A stretch of DNA of 64,000 bases, taken from NCBI GenBank assembly GCA_003971905.1, contig RSEE01000021.1, forward strand, positions 558,001 through 622,000, read 5' to 3'. Source of the stretch: Moniliella sp. 'wahieum' (taxonomy: Eukaryota). The notes under the pieces are model-generated. The model had not been told where the DNA came from. It made no database searches and was given only the letters and a program-made list of their open reading frames with translations. The position numbers were made by a program, and so were the translations under genes. Every line of letters starts with the position of its first letter. Positions within the stretch are counted from its first letter, which is position 1. This document shows positions 1 through 15,304 of this stretch, piece after piece.

Positions 1-991
1 ACACCCTGGTTTCTCCGTCCTCTCAAAAGAGGAAGATGGAGTCGTACCTTAGGAGAGTCAACCCAGTCCCACGTGAGCAGCCATGAAAGCGATCCACGTG
101 TCCTTCACTCGATGCAACACACGATCTCCGTATTGGAAGATCTTCTTGCCCGCGCCTCTAATGGGGCAGATGCTAAGCAGCTCATCGAAGATAAAGTGGA
201 CGAACTCAGGCGCTCATTGGCCTCTTCTCCGGTCTTTCATTCATCCAGAACAGATCCCTCCGCTGCCACCCCGACATCCCTTCCTGCCATCATCGCTCCA
301 ACCTCTTCCAAGACTATCCCGACTCCACGCTCTTCCCCTTTGCGCTCCATCCGTGGCCTGAGTTTGGCTGGTCCGACTCGACGGTGGCCTCGGGAACGAG
401 TGCACGCCTCTCCTGGGTCTGGCCCCAATACGCCCGTGTCCCCATGTGGCGCTTGCTCCTGTTCGCACCCCGTTCGAAAAGGGTGCCAGCCCCGTTTCGC
501 CCACTGAATTGGCGAACTTGAGGTCCATCACCACTTCTCCCGATTTGATCGGCACGGGGGGACTAAGCGACCCGCGTCGCTTCGCTTCACGTCCTGGATC
601 GGCCAGCGGATTCCGAGCTGCGGTTCCCTCCCCGTCGCAACGGACCTCACGACAGTATCCTACCCGGATGCGATTTCATGCCCGCGTGGGCACGACTGGC
701 TCAGGCCGTACTTCTCCCTCCCTGTCATCTCTTACGGAGGATGGGCCGCGCTTGCGCCGCCCGAGCCTCCCATCACCTGGACCCAGCTGGAATCGGCCGA
801 GGAACCGCCGTCGCCTCCCCAACCTGTGGGGCCGACGTGCGCGTACCGCAGCGGCACTCCGAGCCCAGATTGAGCGGGACAAGGCGGTGCAGAACCGCGT
901 ATTGGCCTCACTGTTTGGATCGGCTACCAGTACCCACAGTGCTGGCACCACTTCCACCCCGTCCCCTGCTCCATCCAGCACACTGCTGTAG
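1..991 (+). CDS. 3' part of a hypothetical Ser/Pro-rich protein with short helical segments (5' end outside the window, frameshifted)
   Basis: Overlapping + ORFs 73..507 and 446..991 with protein-like segments (TISVLEDLLARA..LIEDKVDELRRSL; LRAQIERDKAVQNRVLASLFG). No family recognised. Confidence 0.4.
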
Positions 992-1721
992 AATCAAGAA
1001 CGAGCATGACATCCTCTGTTCATTCGTCAGCCCCGCAAGGTGGGCGTTCGCCTTCTTCCCCCCTCCCCTTCTTCCCCCCCCCAATCTTGGTCCCCCAGGC
1101 CAAGACTCGCACCTTCCCCGTCACAGGAAGTGTCGCATGCCTTGAGCCAGGACCGAAAAACGATGACGGGCATGCTCGGTCGCGCTGCTCGCGCTTGTCG
1201 GATCCGGGAAAAATAGATCCGCCCTCCTCTTTTCCTACTTTTTTTGTTGAGTGTTTTGTGTTGGTTGTGTCTCCATCCTATACCCTGCCCTGTACGATGT
1301 GTGCCCCCCTCTTCCTCCCCAGTCTTCTTTTCTGTGGCTTGTTCCTTCCTATGCGTGCTCATCTCCCTAGTGCATCGGTAGGTGTGCTCATTGTTCTCAT
1401 TGTTCTCAACGAATCAGTCTCTTGTATCCTGCCCCGGTGTGTCCGGGTCCATGAGTTCCTTATACGTTTTTCCTCAGTCGATTTCGTCTCGTCTTCAGTG
1501 CTGGTCACCATTCCAGTGTCTCTCGTTCAGCCCTCATGCCAAAGTCACCATGAAGAGCTGTGTGCATGAGCGTGCCTCTCACAAGCATCTATAGTCCGCG
1601 GTTCATCTCGCTACGTTGTCTAGAAATCTCTTCGTTCCTTCATCCTACGCTGTTCCCCCAATCATTTGTTACTGATGTATCAGGAATCCATTTTCCAGCG
1701 TCGGACAAGATTCAAGTGAGA

Positions 1722-4301
1722 CTACAAATGAATCGAGTACTCGAAGGCGTGTATCGTTCCCGACAGCAATCTTGTGTAGGAATCAAGCCCGTGCAGCCTA
1801 GCGGCAGCGACAAAGGCTTCGATCTTCTGTGGTCTTTGATCCCGTCGGTCTCTACCCCGAGGAAGTGTCGACGATGAGCGTGCCCGGCCCAGCGGCCTGG
1901 ACCGCCTCCTGCACATTCTCCGCCGTCAACCCACCAGCAGCAGGAAAGGGGTGGTCCCAGCCAAGCGCCGGGCCACGGCCCAATCAAACGAATGCCCGTC
2001 CCACTGCTCCGGCATCGAGACCAGCGAGGTGGTGATAGGTCGGATGGAACGCGGCTTGCAGAGCTGGATCCAACTCGGTCGCTCCAGCCGGGACCGAGAA
2101 CATTTGAATCACCCGCTTGCCCGGCAAAGAGCGGGCCCACTCCAGCGGCTCCTGCTCCACAGACCCATGCAGCTGCACCACGTCCAACTCCAGCTCCTCG
2201 GCCACCCGTCGTACCTCCTCCAACGACTGGTTTCGGAACACACCCACTATCAGCGGCGCCGGTGCAGAACGAAGGTGCTGCGCTGTATCCTCAAACCAGG
2301 CCACCGATTCGAAAGGGGTTGGGGGCATCGCCTCCTTCGGTGGTGCCGCGCTGTTCTCCTCGACGGCCTGGATAATCTCTTTGGCTTGCTCGTGCTGATC
2401 GACCGCTTCGTCCCTGGAACGAGGATCAAGCCGAGCAGGTCCGCTCCGGCTCGGGCGGCAACCAGGGCCGAGGCGGCATCCCGTAGTCCACAGACCTTGA
2501 CCAAGGGGGACTTGGATGGAACGGAAGGTTTGGCGGGCAAGCCCATCAAGTGGTTCATAAACGCCTTCTTGTCGTCGGCCCGCATCAGTGCTTCGCCTAC
2601 TAGCACCGCCTCCACTCCTTCCTCCACATACTTTTGCACATCGGCACGCGAAGAGATGCCACTCAAGGCGGCAATGAACGGCGCTTCCTTCTGTCCCGCT
2701 TGGGCCGCCGAGATAAGACGACTGGTGGTGCCCATGTCAACGTTAAAGTCGTGCAGGTTGCGGTTGTTGACGCCAATCAGTTTGGACCCCAGCCGGACCG
2801 CGCGGGCCATCTCAGCTGCATTGTTGACCTCCACCAACGGTTCCATCCCCAGCGACAGGCTGTAGTCGTAAAGCGATTTCAGCGCCGCGTCCCCTTCCCC
2901 AGCGGGGCTGGCGTTGGGGAACATGGCGACAATCAACAGCACCGTGTCAGCCCCCGCCAAACGCGCCTCGGCAATCTGGTACTTGTCTACCACAAAGTCT
3001 TTTCGCAGCAACGCGGGGCGGTCTCGCATCCCCTCCACCCGCGGCCGGGCCAATCGAAGGTCCTGCAGCGTGCCTTTGAACCAATGCGTCTCAGTTAGCA
3101 CCGACACAACGCTGGCTCCGGCCTGGGCGTAGGCAAACGCCTGCTTGCCCGCATGCGCCTCGGGATCGATCAATCCCTTTGATGGGCTCGCCCGCTTCAT
3201 CTCCGCCATGACGGCGATCTGCCCTGGGCACGACGGGTGCGCAAGCGGTCTATCACACTCACCAGTGGAGGTGCCAGGTGCATCGCAATGGACGCTTCGA
3301 GCTCAGCAAGCGTTTGCCCCGGCACAGCTTGGGCCGCAGCAATGTCCAATTTTCGTTGAACATGGATGCGCTCCAGAATGGTTTTGCCATCTGGGCCCTT
3401 GGTGGGAGGGAGGACGATAGCTTCCTTGGCGGCCTGGGCTGCGGCCAAGGCGGCATCCTCAGTGGCCAAGGCAGAAGTGACGGCAGCCGCCAACGCCTCT
3501 TCCGGTTCGAGCACTCTCCGCTCCGATGCTTGGGCGACTTCATCGTCATCTCTGCCGTGCTCGTCTGCTCGCTCTTGTTCACATCCTGGGGGAGGATGAG
3601 GGCCTGAGGGCAGCCTTCCCACGTGCCGGAGGTCCACGTAAGAAAGTTGGCAATCATGTCCTTGCCCAAGCGAGAGAGGATGCCCTCGGGGTGGAACTGG
3701 ATGGCTTCCATGGCATAGCGGGTGTGACGGATGCCCATCACCACCCCCGATGCTGTCTTGGATGTGACAGCAAGCTGGGGGGCAGGGTATGGATGTTGGC
3801 TGCGAGCGAATGGTACCGAGTACCAATCACACCCTGCGGGTCCAGGCCGGCATAAAGGCCCTTGCCATCGTGTTCCACCAACGATGTCTTGCCATGCACG
3901 ATTTCCCCGGCAAACTCAACCACGCCCGCGTAGGCGGCATACATGGTCTGCAGGCCCATGCACACCCCAAAGATGGGAATCTGGCCGGCAAAATGGAGGA
4001 TGGCCGGCATCGACACCCCGCTGTCTTTCAGCGGGTGGCCTGGGCCGGGACTGATGACGAGGTTGCGGGGCGCCAGCTGCTGGATCTGCGCGACAGTGAC
4101 CTTGTCGTTGCGAAAGACAATGACGTCGGCACCGAGATCGGTAAGGTACTCGACAATGTTGTAGGTGAAGCTGTCGTAGTTGTCGATCAACACCGTCTTG
4201 CCCTGGAACGCAGCCAAGGACGCATCGTCGTGCGCTTCCGGCGGGGACGGCCCCTGGGGACGATGGGCGGGAATGTACTCGGACGCGAATGGCCCCTTCA
4301 T
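1722..4301 (-). CDS. TRP1: Trifunctional tryptophan biosynthesis protein (anthranilate synthase GATase - IGP synthase - PRA isomerase)
   Basis: GATase motifs IDNYDSFT, ISPGPG, GVCMG, RYHSL, QFHPE. IGPS motifs AEMKRASPSKG, SVLTE, LRKDF, IGVNNRNL, LVGE. PRAI motifs VKVCG, VQLHG, GVETDG. Spread over several frameshifted ORFs. Confidence 0.95.
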
Positions 4302-5320
4302 GGGAGCAGGCTGGGGACGGGTGGTGGGTGGGAGCAGGCGTGGGTGGACGCAATGCTGGCTGAGCCGCGGGCTTGATTCTTCACTTCGCCGAGTCACGCC
4401 CTAGTCCATCTCCGTCCCAGGCGGCTCAGCCTGAGCCTTGCTTTGCCACAAAACCGGGCGGAATGGCCAAATATTCTGGGCCCCATTCCGCCTGCCAGGG
4501 AGGGGCCGGTCTGCACGTGATTCAATTGCATGATGCATGGCCGGTGACTGGTGACCGGTGACCCCTGGCCCAGGGCGGCCGCAAGCGACGCAGGGCCACA
4601 CCTACCACACCCAAGTGCCCCCACAGCCAAGGAATCCGGGCGCCCAGGGGTTTCTTCAGCTGCGTGAGTTTGATGCTGTGGTGCGTCCAGCACAGATGGA
4701 CAGAGGCGTAGATCTAAGATCGAAGGGAGCATTACAGTCACAGTGACTAGTCGCATGCAACTGTTGATGCAACTGGGGGGAGAGGCAATTAGGAGATTAT
4801 ACCAGTTGGCGGCAACAGAAGCCCGCCCCTTTTCTTCGACCATGGCTGGTGAAAAGAAGCGGCCGTATACGCCAGGTTTCCTGGACAACGCCACAGCCCT
4901 CTGCGCGACGCAAAGGTGTCAGGACATGACCAGGGTGCAGACCCTCTCTTGTACACTGGCGCCACGCCGGCCGTCGGTGAAGAAGCCATGCGCAGGCTGC
5001 TCGTATCTATAACGTGTACCATGTACATCACGTATCACCCATTGTGCCTTGCCAGCCGTTTGCCAGCCTTTTGCCTCTGCTTTTGGGCCTACTATTGGGA
5101 ACTCTGAACAATCGCTGCTTCATCTTCCGATGGAGCCCCGTTCGCAGGCCGCCAGTGTCCAGATCCTTAGAGCGCTCACGCGCGCCTCCCTAGTAGTAAC
5201 ACAGTGCGACGGCCTCCCGCGGCGAGTCCATATCGTCTCATTCTCCTCTTTCTCTTCCATTGCCGCATCTATCGCCCCCACTGTGAGGCACAGTCCGCCC
5301 ACCTCCCCCTTCCTTTGGCC

Positions 5321-6553
5321 ATGAGCTACCCTCTCGCCCCATCGTCCACCGCACCGACGGCTCCTCTTCCTCCAATCGTCTCCTTCCGCCTCACAAGGCA
5401 CTCCCTGTCCAGGGCCGCACGCAGGCACTGTTCCGCTCGCCCCAGCTGCACTTCTCAACAGCTCAACAGGCTCAACAGCTCCAACGCCTCATTGCCGATG
5501 CTCGTCGCACTGCCGAGGGCCTCAAAGCTCAGGTCGTCCAGCAAAGAGACGCACTTGCTGATACCACGCTTCGTTCCGTCAGCCAAGGCACTGTTCCACC
5601 TCTTCCGCGCACCGCCCAGCTGCGCGTCCGTCGTACCCTCAAGGGGCATCTTGCCAAAGTATACGCTCTCCAATGGGCGGCCGACTCGCAACACGTCGTG
5701 TCCGTCGGGCAGGACGGGAAACTGCTGGTCTGGGACGCATATACCGGCAAAAGTCCATGCGTTGCCTCTTCATTTCCAATGGGTTATGGACTGTGCTTAT
5801 TCCCCTTCAGGACGGCTCGTGGCCACGGGGGGACTAGAGAACGTGTGTTACATCTTCCGTTTGCCTAGTGTCGACGACCCCGTATCGGAATTAGCAGGGT
5901 CCATGGCATACGCAGCCCAACCAGCCCAGGAGCTGGTCGGCCATTCAGCGTTCATGTCCCACTGCCGCTTCATTTCAGATCGGGAAATGGTCACGTCGTC
6001 TGGCGATCAGAGCTGCATACTCTGGGATGTGGAAACAGGTCGACCAAAAGGGGAGTATTTGGAACATTCAGCCGATGTGATGGGTCTTGCACTCAGCCCT
6101 ACCAATCGTTCCATCTTCCTCTCGGGGTGCATGTGATGGCTATGCTAAGCTGTGGGACACCCGAGTCGATAGTTCCAAGGGGGCAGTGCGGAGCTTCCAT
6201 GCCCACGAGATGGACGTTAACGCGGTCTGTATGTTCCCAGATGGAAATGCGTTTGCGACGGGGTCGGAAGATACGTCGTGCAAGCTTTTTGATCTACGCC
6301 GCGACGAGAGCTGGCCCAGTATAGCCACCCAAACATCACCACGCCCGTCACATCGCTCGAGTTTACCCATTCGGGCCGCATGCTGGCAGTGGCCATGACG
6401 ACTCGCGGGTGCAACTATGGGATGCGCTGCAGGGAGCGCGCAGGGACGCTTTCAGGTCATGAGACCCGCGTGTCATGTTTGGGTGTCAGTCCCGACGGAC
6501 AGGCGCTTTGTACGGGTTCATGGGATACTCGTCTGCAGGTATGGGCAGCGTAA
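5321..6553 (+). CDS. Heterotrimeric G-protein beta subunit (WD40), divergent, no introns seen
   Basis: Read across frames: [62 protein letters not shown], and C-terminal [12 protein letters not shown] (TAA 6551-6553). An N-terminal coiled-coil segment is present. Confidence 0.9.
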
Positions 6554-7771
6554 CTGCGGCATATGAAAGTGGTAGAGGGTATCAGCCACTATATGGCTCA
6601 TACAGGGACGCTTCGCCCGATCAACCTCCACACTTGAGATACCCTGTGTGCTCATCCCAGTCTCCACTACGAATGGGATATCCACAGTACAAAAGAGTAT
6701 CAGGAAGAGATGAACGATGATGGAGGTGATCTTACTATATTGAACAGAACGGTGTTGCAGACATAGCTGACGCATTTCGGGGACATTCGGAGAGCCGTCA
6801 TGTAGTCTTTCCGGCCCTTATATGATAACAACACGAGCTCTGGTCCTGAGCAATCACGAGGCACACTTGTCTGTATCAAGTTGTCACTGAGAACCAGAGC
6901 GTTCTCGAGATTGAGTCTGTACTCTCTTGATGTCTGGTGTCCCGGCTCAATAATTGACCCCCAAGAAGACAGCACAAAGAAAGGCAGAAGGCTTGTGTCA
7001 TGTTGTAGCGAGTGGTCCGTATTCCTCCTCTGCTACTCTTTAATATACTTAGTATCTATATCACCTTCAAAAACCATTCGCTGCTACCTCATTTTTTGTT
7101 TCTCGATCCCACAAGAGTCAAAGCACTGTAAGTGTTGGAGACACCCGTCGCTTGCTCGATTGCGGTGTTTTACACATTTGGGGGACACCTCCTCTCATAG
7201 CCATCCCCCTGCTAGAACAAAGAAACATCAGTCGCCGTCTTCCAACGTCTCTCTTCCCAATGCATCATCATCCCCGCACTCCTAATCCAGCATCTTCGTA
7301 ACCTTTTCCAAGGCAATTCATACATGCCTCATCCCCACAAAAGGGCGTGCTCCACACTTGCTCTCCATTTTGACAGCGGAGGGGAAAGTAGATTGTTATC
7401 GTAGGCAAAAGGAAATGATAATGGCATCAGCAAGGACCTTAATATCAGGATCGCCAGAGAACAGGAAAACTGAATCTAGGCCAGGCTGGGCTTCCCTGCC
7501 GCCACCTCTCCGTCCAATGCGAAGGAGTGCCATTTAGGGGGTGCATCGTCGCTGGTTGCAGTCATCAGCACGTATCATTGCAGCCCGAACAATCGCAGGT
7601 GCCGTGACAGGTGGACCGACGGCCACGAAAGCTTCGCAAAATTGGAAGAAAGTTGCCCCCTATATTTTTCTTCATCAGCTTCATCACGGCGGACAGAGTG
7701 AAACGATGCAAAAGGGACAAAAACGGAATGTCTCCCGGGAATCGAGTGACCGAGATGGACCAATATGTCAC

Positions 7772-9865
7772 TTAGAGCCGCAAAGCCCCCGCACGCTCTG
7801 CCGAAGAGACATCTCCAGCCTTGGCAGCAGAAACACTCCGCAGGTTCGCCTGTCGTTTGGCTTCCGATTTGAATGCCTGTTTGGTTGCTGCCTTTTGTTG
7901 ACGGCGTGCTGCTTGTCCTGCTTGGCCGCTTGCTTGCGTGCCTTCTTGTCTTCGGCACTCTCCCCTTTGGGTCTCATGATGGTCCCACCGGTAATGGGCC
8001 AATGGTGTCGTCCGACTCCGCTCCACTTTCGTACGCTTCGTCCTCTTCAGGCCTTCCATCTTCGATAGCCTCCGAAGGGACACTTATTTGGTCTGATGAA
8101 GAATTCGAAGGTCCCGCCCGCCGTTTTTGGTACCCCCACACCTTGGACAACCCCGTCCGAAGATCCACTTTAACTTTAGGCTCCACATCTGACGCAAGCA
8201 AACCCCGGGACGAAATGCGCTGGCTTGCCAACGTCGTGGGAGCATACGAGCTCGTGGGCGCCATGCTGACGCTCGCCGCGCTGATTGTTCGGGGGTGGTT
8301 CTCCAGGTTGGTTCGAGTAGAAAGAATGGTCTCCACATCCCACTTCTCACGGTTAGAGCCAATGATGCGTACTTCAGGCATGCCGGCGTCGGGATTCTGC
8401 TCGTACGCTTCTTGCTCGGCAGCCCAAGCAGCCGCATCGGGCATGCGCGCTGCTCCCAGGCTCTCGCGGATCAATCCCACCTTGTCTGCCGCCGATGTGC
8501 ACACGAACACCGAGTTTTGGCGCCAGCTTCCCACCATAGACATCGTAATGCTCCATAAAGTCGTTCATAGCCCGATCCAAGGCTTGCTTTGGGCCTCAAC
8601 ATCTCCGTTTCGGCAGCTCTTCCTCCTCCGCTTCCTCCGCTTCCGCTCGTGCTTCGGCTTCCATGGCAATTTCTTGATCATCTTCGTCATCCACCCCAGT
8701 ACCAAACGCTGCCACATCATCGTCATCGGTATTGAGACGACCATATTGCCGTAGGATGGCATCGAAGCGAGTGTCGACCTCAGAGAGACCCTTGTTTCGG
8801 CTCATCGCGCTGCTCGACATGCTAAATGCGGACTTGCCTGCCTGCGATGCCGCATACCGAGCTTTCACACCAGGCTTCTTTTCTTCTTTTCGTCCCGAAT
8901 ATAGAGGAGGAGCCTCCCGCTGAGGAAGCCGCTCGTGGTGCCCTCCTCCGGCCAGTTGGGAGTCCTGGCAGGGACCCACATCGTCTGCCGCTTCGTCATC
9001 GTTCTCGTCGTCTGAGGAGGTAGACCGCTGCATCCCTGGTAGGCCTCCAGCCTTAAAGAGCGCGACCCTCTCGGTCAGGGAAAGTTGCTCCTCGTCAATC
9101 TCCTCCCCCTGGTCAGCTTTGGCCTTGATCAAATCGGCCGTGTCCATCCAGAGACGCTCATCTCCTTCGGGTGCGTTCCATCCACTCGGGTTGAGCACCA
9201 TCCTGCGCGCCATCATGAACAATCCCGTCAAAAAAGTCATCTTCCAGGTCGTCCTCCAAAATGCCTCATCTTCGAGCGCTTCGAGCGTCTGGCGCAAGTG
9301 AGCGTTCATCCCAGGCTGCAACCCATGCACTTCCCCCTCCTTCATCCCGGGGGCATGACGGTAGGGTTGGTTCAACTCTAGAGCTGACGGCAAGGCTTCA
9401 GGTGGAAGCTGAAGTCCCTTAGACGATGAGGAAGGCTCTCCTGCAGATGAGGGAGGGGTGACATACTTGAAAGCAATGCCCGTTGCCAGTGGGGCCTGTT
9501 TGGGGACTTGTTCTTGTTGGGGGCCTCGAGTAAGAAGGTCGGCCCAGCGGGGGCGTCATCCTCAGTGGGATCACCCCCTTGGCCAACAGTTTTGAGATGC
9601 TGCATGTAGTCATAGTCGGTATCGTCATAGTAGATACCATAGCGCGCCGCCTCACCCACATTGGCAGCTGACCCGACCCAGCGCCCGCTTGCTCAAGTTG
9701 GCTGCGCGTCAACCCCGTACCCTTATTACGGCGCAACTCGTTAGGACGCTGGCGCGGAGCGAGAACACGCTGGTCTGCATCAGGGTCGTTGGCGGGGGGT
9801 CGCGCTGGAGCGGTGTACGAGTTCAAAGTGTTGCGTTTGGGCGCACGCCAGATGGACTTGGACAT
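7772..9865 (-). CDS. LTV1: Ltv1 40S ribosome biogenesis factor
   Basis: N-terminal QHFELVHRS, then GEAARYGIYYDDTDYDYMQHLK, SAFSMSSSAMSRN, WDVETILSTRTNLENHPRTI and a basic C-terminus KKARKQA. Frameshifted. Confidence 0.92.
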
Positions 9866-10479
9866 GATGGACGGTGGTGTTACTTGGCTCCTTGCGAGCA
9901 AAGGCAGACCCGACCAAAAAAACATCGGTGCAACCTCTGCGACAGCAATTCCGCCGTGCCCCACCTGCGGCCTGAGGGCCTGACCGGTGGCCCCGCCTTG
10001 CTCCGCCTAACACAATTTGACGTTTCCAGGCGACTCTCCGCCGGCAATAAACACAACCAACTCTTCGCCTGCCTACACCATCGAGCGTTGGTGCTTGAGC
10101 ATTCAGGCGCTCAGGCGAACGGCACCGATCGCCACCGATGGCTTGCATTCTCCTTATGTGGATGTATTTAGGCCGCCGTGCTATTAATGCAATATGGACG
10201 TCGCAAGGCTGTCTTTGTTGACGTGGCCCCTGATGAAGACCGCGCCGGTGAGCGCGCTCAATAATGCTTCCTTCAAGCTTCATCGATCTAGCTTCATCGA
10301 TAGCTACATCGGCCCTCCGTGCTCGCGATCAGCTTTCGAGTTCTTCCAGGCAGTGGCGGCCATCGACAATCTGATGGCAGTCAGTTCGTCGCAGGGCATT
10401 CGTAGCGCTTACTGAGCGCTTGAGCAGAGGGAAACAAAATCAGCATGCGAGACAAGCTGCCGGTGCCGAAGGTATAAGC

Positions 10480-10890
10480 AACTCAACTCATTAATCATTA
10501 CTCCCAGTTACTAGTTACTCAACCCTACTCAACGTACTCAATTTTCGCCTAACCTCAGACATCACGTGTATCATGCATCGTGTGCGCGTCATGCATCAGT
10601 AACTCAATACGCGGGTAACTAGTAACTAGTAACTAGTAACTCATGCATCTGCATCTGCACATCAGCGCCTGCAGTCACAGTCGCTAGTCCAGTGCCTAGT
10701 CACTAGCTAGTCACTGGTCGCCTAGAAGCGAGGATCCTTGTTCATCAAGTTCAAGCAGCATGCATGATGCATGACTAGTGACTCAGCGCAACTGAGTGCA
10801 GCTGGCAGAGTCGCTGAACGTTGAACGTTGAACGTTCAAGTTGAACATTGAATCTCAGCGCCTCAACGCCTCAGCGCCTCAGCCTCAGAG
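10480..10890. repeat. Mosaic of 7-bp-period palindrome arrays: (GTAACTA)n, (TGAACGT)n, ATGCAT-G-ATGCAT-G-ACTAGT
   Basis: Read directly: GTAACTA x3 at 10615-10635, TGAACGT x3 at 10815-10835, mixed units at 10760-10780. Confidence 0.85.
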
Positions 10891-11136
10891 TCTGTCCCTA
10901 TTGGGGCTCCGAGCAAAAATTTAACACCTGCGGGATTCAATACCAAACACCAGTATTCAATTCTATCGAGTAAAATGTCACTCAGCTGGCCACAACTACC
11001 GTGTCGGTATCCCACCACCACTCCTTTCAGCGTTGAGCATTGAGCGCGCAGTTGACCTCCGCGTTGAGCACGCAGCAGAGATGAGACCAGCAGCGTGCGC
11101 GGGCCTTCCATCTCAAGGGCATCCTAGTCCCAACCT

Positions 11137-12248
11137 ATGTACCCCCTTCTGAATCCCTGGCTCCGACCTCTAAAAAGTCGCGCTTCAAGGAGGCCTTCAG
11201 TGCCTCGAGTGTCCGTGTCGGCCAGACTAAGCCGCCGGTAAACGCGCCTCCCTTGGGTCGTCCTATCGACGTGCTGTACCCCTGTCGCGAAAGGGCGCGC
11301 AACTTTAGAGGGTCCCTTGTTTGCACTATGATCCCCGCGGGCCCAACGCCACGTTTGGTGACGGGATACTGGCGCCCCCTCCAGAACCGATCGACCCTTC
11401 CTCTTCGAATTCGTCCCAATTGAATGTTACCGGCGCACTATCTTCCGATCCATCCAAACCAGATACGCTGCACAATGATCCACTCACACAAGGCAGCTCG
11501 ATTCCCCTCCCCCGTTGCGCTTTGCCCCTCTTCCTGTCACCGGAAGGCAGCGCCGACGCCAATCCTTCTCTGGGCTTGGCAGCGCGTTCCCATCTCCCTC
11601 CTTCCAAGGAAGCGTGCCTAAACAGGCTGCTGCTCCCCCTGAGTCATGGGGAATTGATCTGCGTTATTGCAGGCGCGTCGCGGAAGCCTGCTGGCCTTGC
11701 GCGTTCAGGTGGCCCCCCACCGCGTCGTGACGATGTGGTGGACGTGGGGGAGGTGGTGCAAGAAGGAGTACGACGTATGTTCCGTCGCTTGCGCAAGGAC
11801 AAGCCTGTTGCTTCTGAGGAGGAGAAGGTCACTGTTGCCAGTCAACGAACACGATGCGGGTGCCACACATCGTAGAAACTCGATCAGCCTTGCCGAGCTC
11901 AAGCTGCATCCGGACCACATCGCTCTCGGTATGTCCTCTGTGGAGGTACCTGAATTCGCCGTGGATGACGAGGAGGAGGAGGAGGAGGAGGAAGGAGGGG
12001 GAGGAGAAGGAGGGAGGGGGAGAAGGAGACACAAGCAAGGGGGTGCAAGAGGTCATTCTGGGGTCGATACCGTTAGCGGGACAGTTGAAGAGGCGGGCGA
12101 CAACTCTTCGCCTCGGCCTCCTCACGTATATCTAAGCCCTTATCAGCACCCTCACCAAATCCCGCGCGGTGAGCACGACTACCATCCTCCGAGTGGGAGG
12201 AAATTCCTTCCATCCCCCTTTATAACTTGCCATGATGAACCTAACTAA
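11137..12248 (+). CDS. Hypothetical low-complexity protein with a poly-Glu tract
   Basis: Overlapping ORFs 11321..11875 and 11667..12248 with a GAG run near 11970-11993. Joining them needs frameshifts. No family recognised. Confidence 0.35.
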
Positions 12249-12444
12249 TGACTAGCGTGGGGCCCAAGCCCCTCTGCATCCCATACCTACCGAACTCCAT
12301 ACTTTACTTCAATTCCATACGTCCAGTGGCGCATAGGACCTGGCTTCTGGTTGGGTAGTGGTTGGGTGTGACTGAACATGAGAGTGACTATATGGATGGA
12401 TTGAAGACCGCGGGGTACAGGTGGATTCAAGGGTGGTTCTACGT

Positions 12445-12550
12445 ACATGCTCAATGCGCTGCTCAGCGCTCAGCGCTCAAGCTCAACGTTCAACTGAACG
12501 CGCTCAACGTGCTCAACTCGCTTAACGTTCACCGTTCAAACCAACGTGCA
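12445..12550. repeat. Degenerate heptamer palindrome array (AGCGCT-C, AACGTT-C)
   Basis: AGCGCT at 12465 and 12472, AACGTT at 12485. Intergenic, upstream of DED1. Confidence 0.7.
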
Positions 12551-13324
12551 GCTGGGATGATCAACTGTGGCCTGCCTTTTTCCCACATTGCACTGGGTGA
12601 GGGGTTTCCTTGTCTCGTACAAGGGGGTGAATAGGCCGGTGTGTCATGGGGGGAGTCCCGAGGTGGGGCTCACCCTGTAGTCTAGGGTACAAACCCAGGC
12701 TGGGACGGCCAATCGGAGCCACGTAGGGTATGTCGGCGTCAGATCCTGGTCGAACCGAGCGGGTATAGGAGCAAGGGAGAGACCCTCTAGTTTGGGTGGC
12801 TGCCTTCGAGCAAAGGCCAGCAGCTCAGACCCTCCGAAGGAGGAGAGCGGAGCGTGCGTAGTAGGTCGTCGTACCAGTTCAAGGGGTCTAGTGAGCTCGG
12901 GGGTAACCCGGTACAGGGCTAGCTGGAGGCCACACTCGACGCGCTGCAATAAGCGCATGCACCACGTGACGCTTGGCTTGGTCGTGGGGCATTTGACGCG
13001 GGGGCAGGCCAGGGCGGCTGGGGGCCTGCGGGGAGGTGGGCTGAGGTAATGAAAATGAAGGTTTGATTCCAGTTGCACCGAGCAGAAGCTTGCGTGCAGG
13101 CGCGGAGCAGGCTGCGGCGCGCTTGTGTGCGGCGCCGTGCCTGCCGACGGGGCCGCACCAGGCTGCTGTCGGTGGGAGCGCTTGCGGAACACCGCCCCCG
13201 TGCGCCCCTATTTTTTTTTCTTCCCGCGTCGGCGTCCCGGCCCAGGATGCAACGCAGGAGCGATGCTATGCGTGCGGCGTGTGGCGGCGGCGGCTGCTAC
13301 TCTTCCACCATCTCTCTCCTTCCC

Positions 13325-15304
<1,980 letters not shown>

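Noticed and set aside
6560..7770. Gene or transposon remnant in the AT-richer gap between G-beta and LTV1
   Set aside because: Only short ORFs. No transposase or RT motifs, terminal repeats or consistent splice pattern.
12645..12960. RNase MRP or SRP-like ncRNA upstream of DED1
   Set aside because: The GAGTCCC and GGGGCTCA motifs are adjacent rather than at opposite ends, and there is no convincing SRP helix 8.
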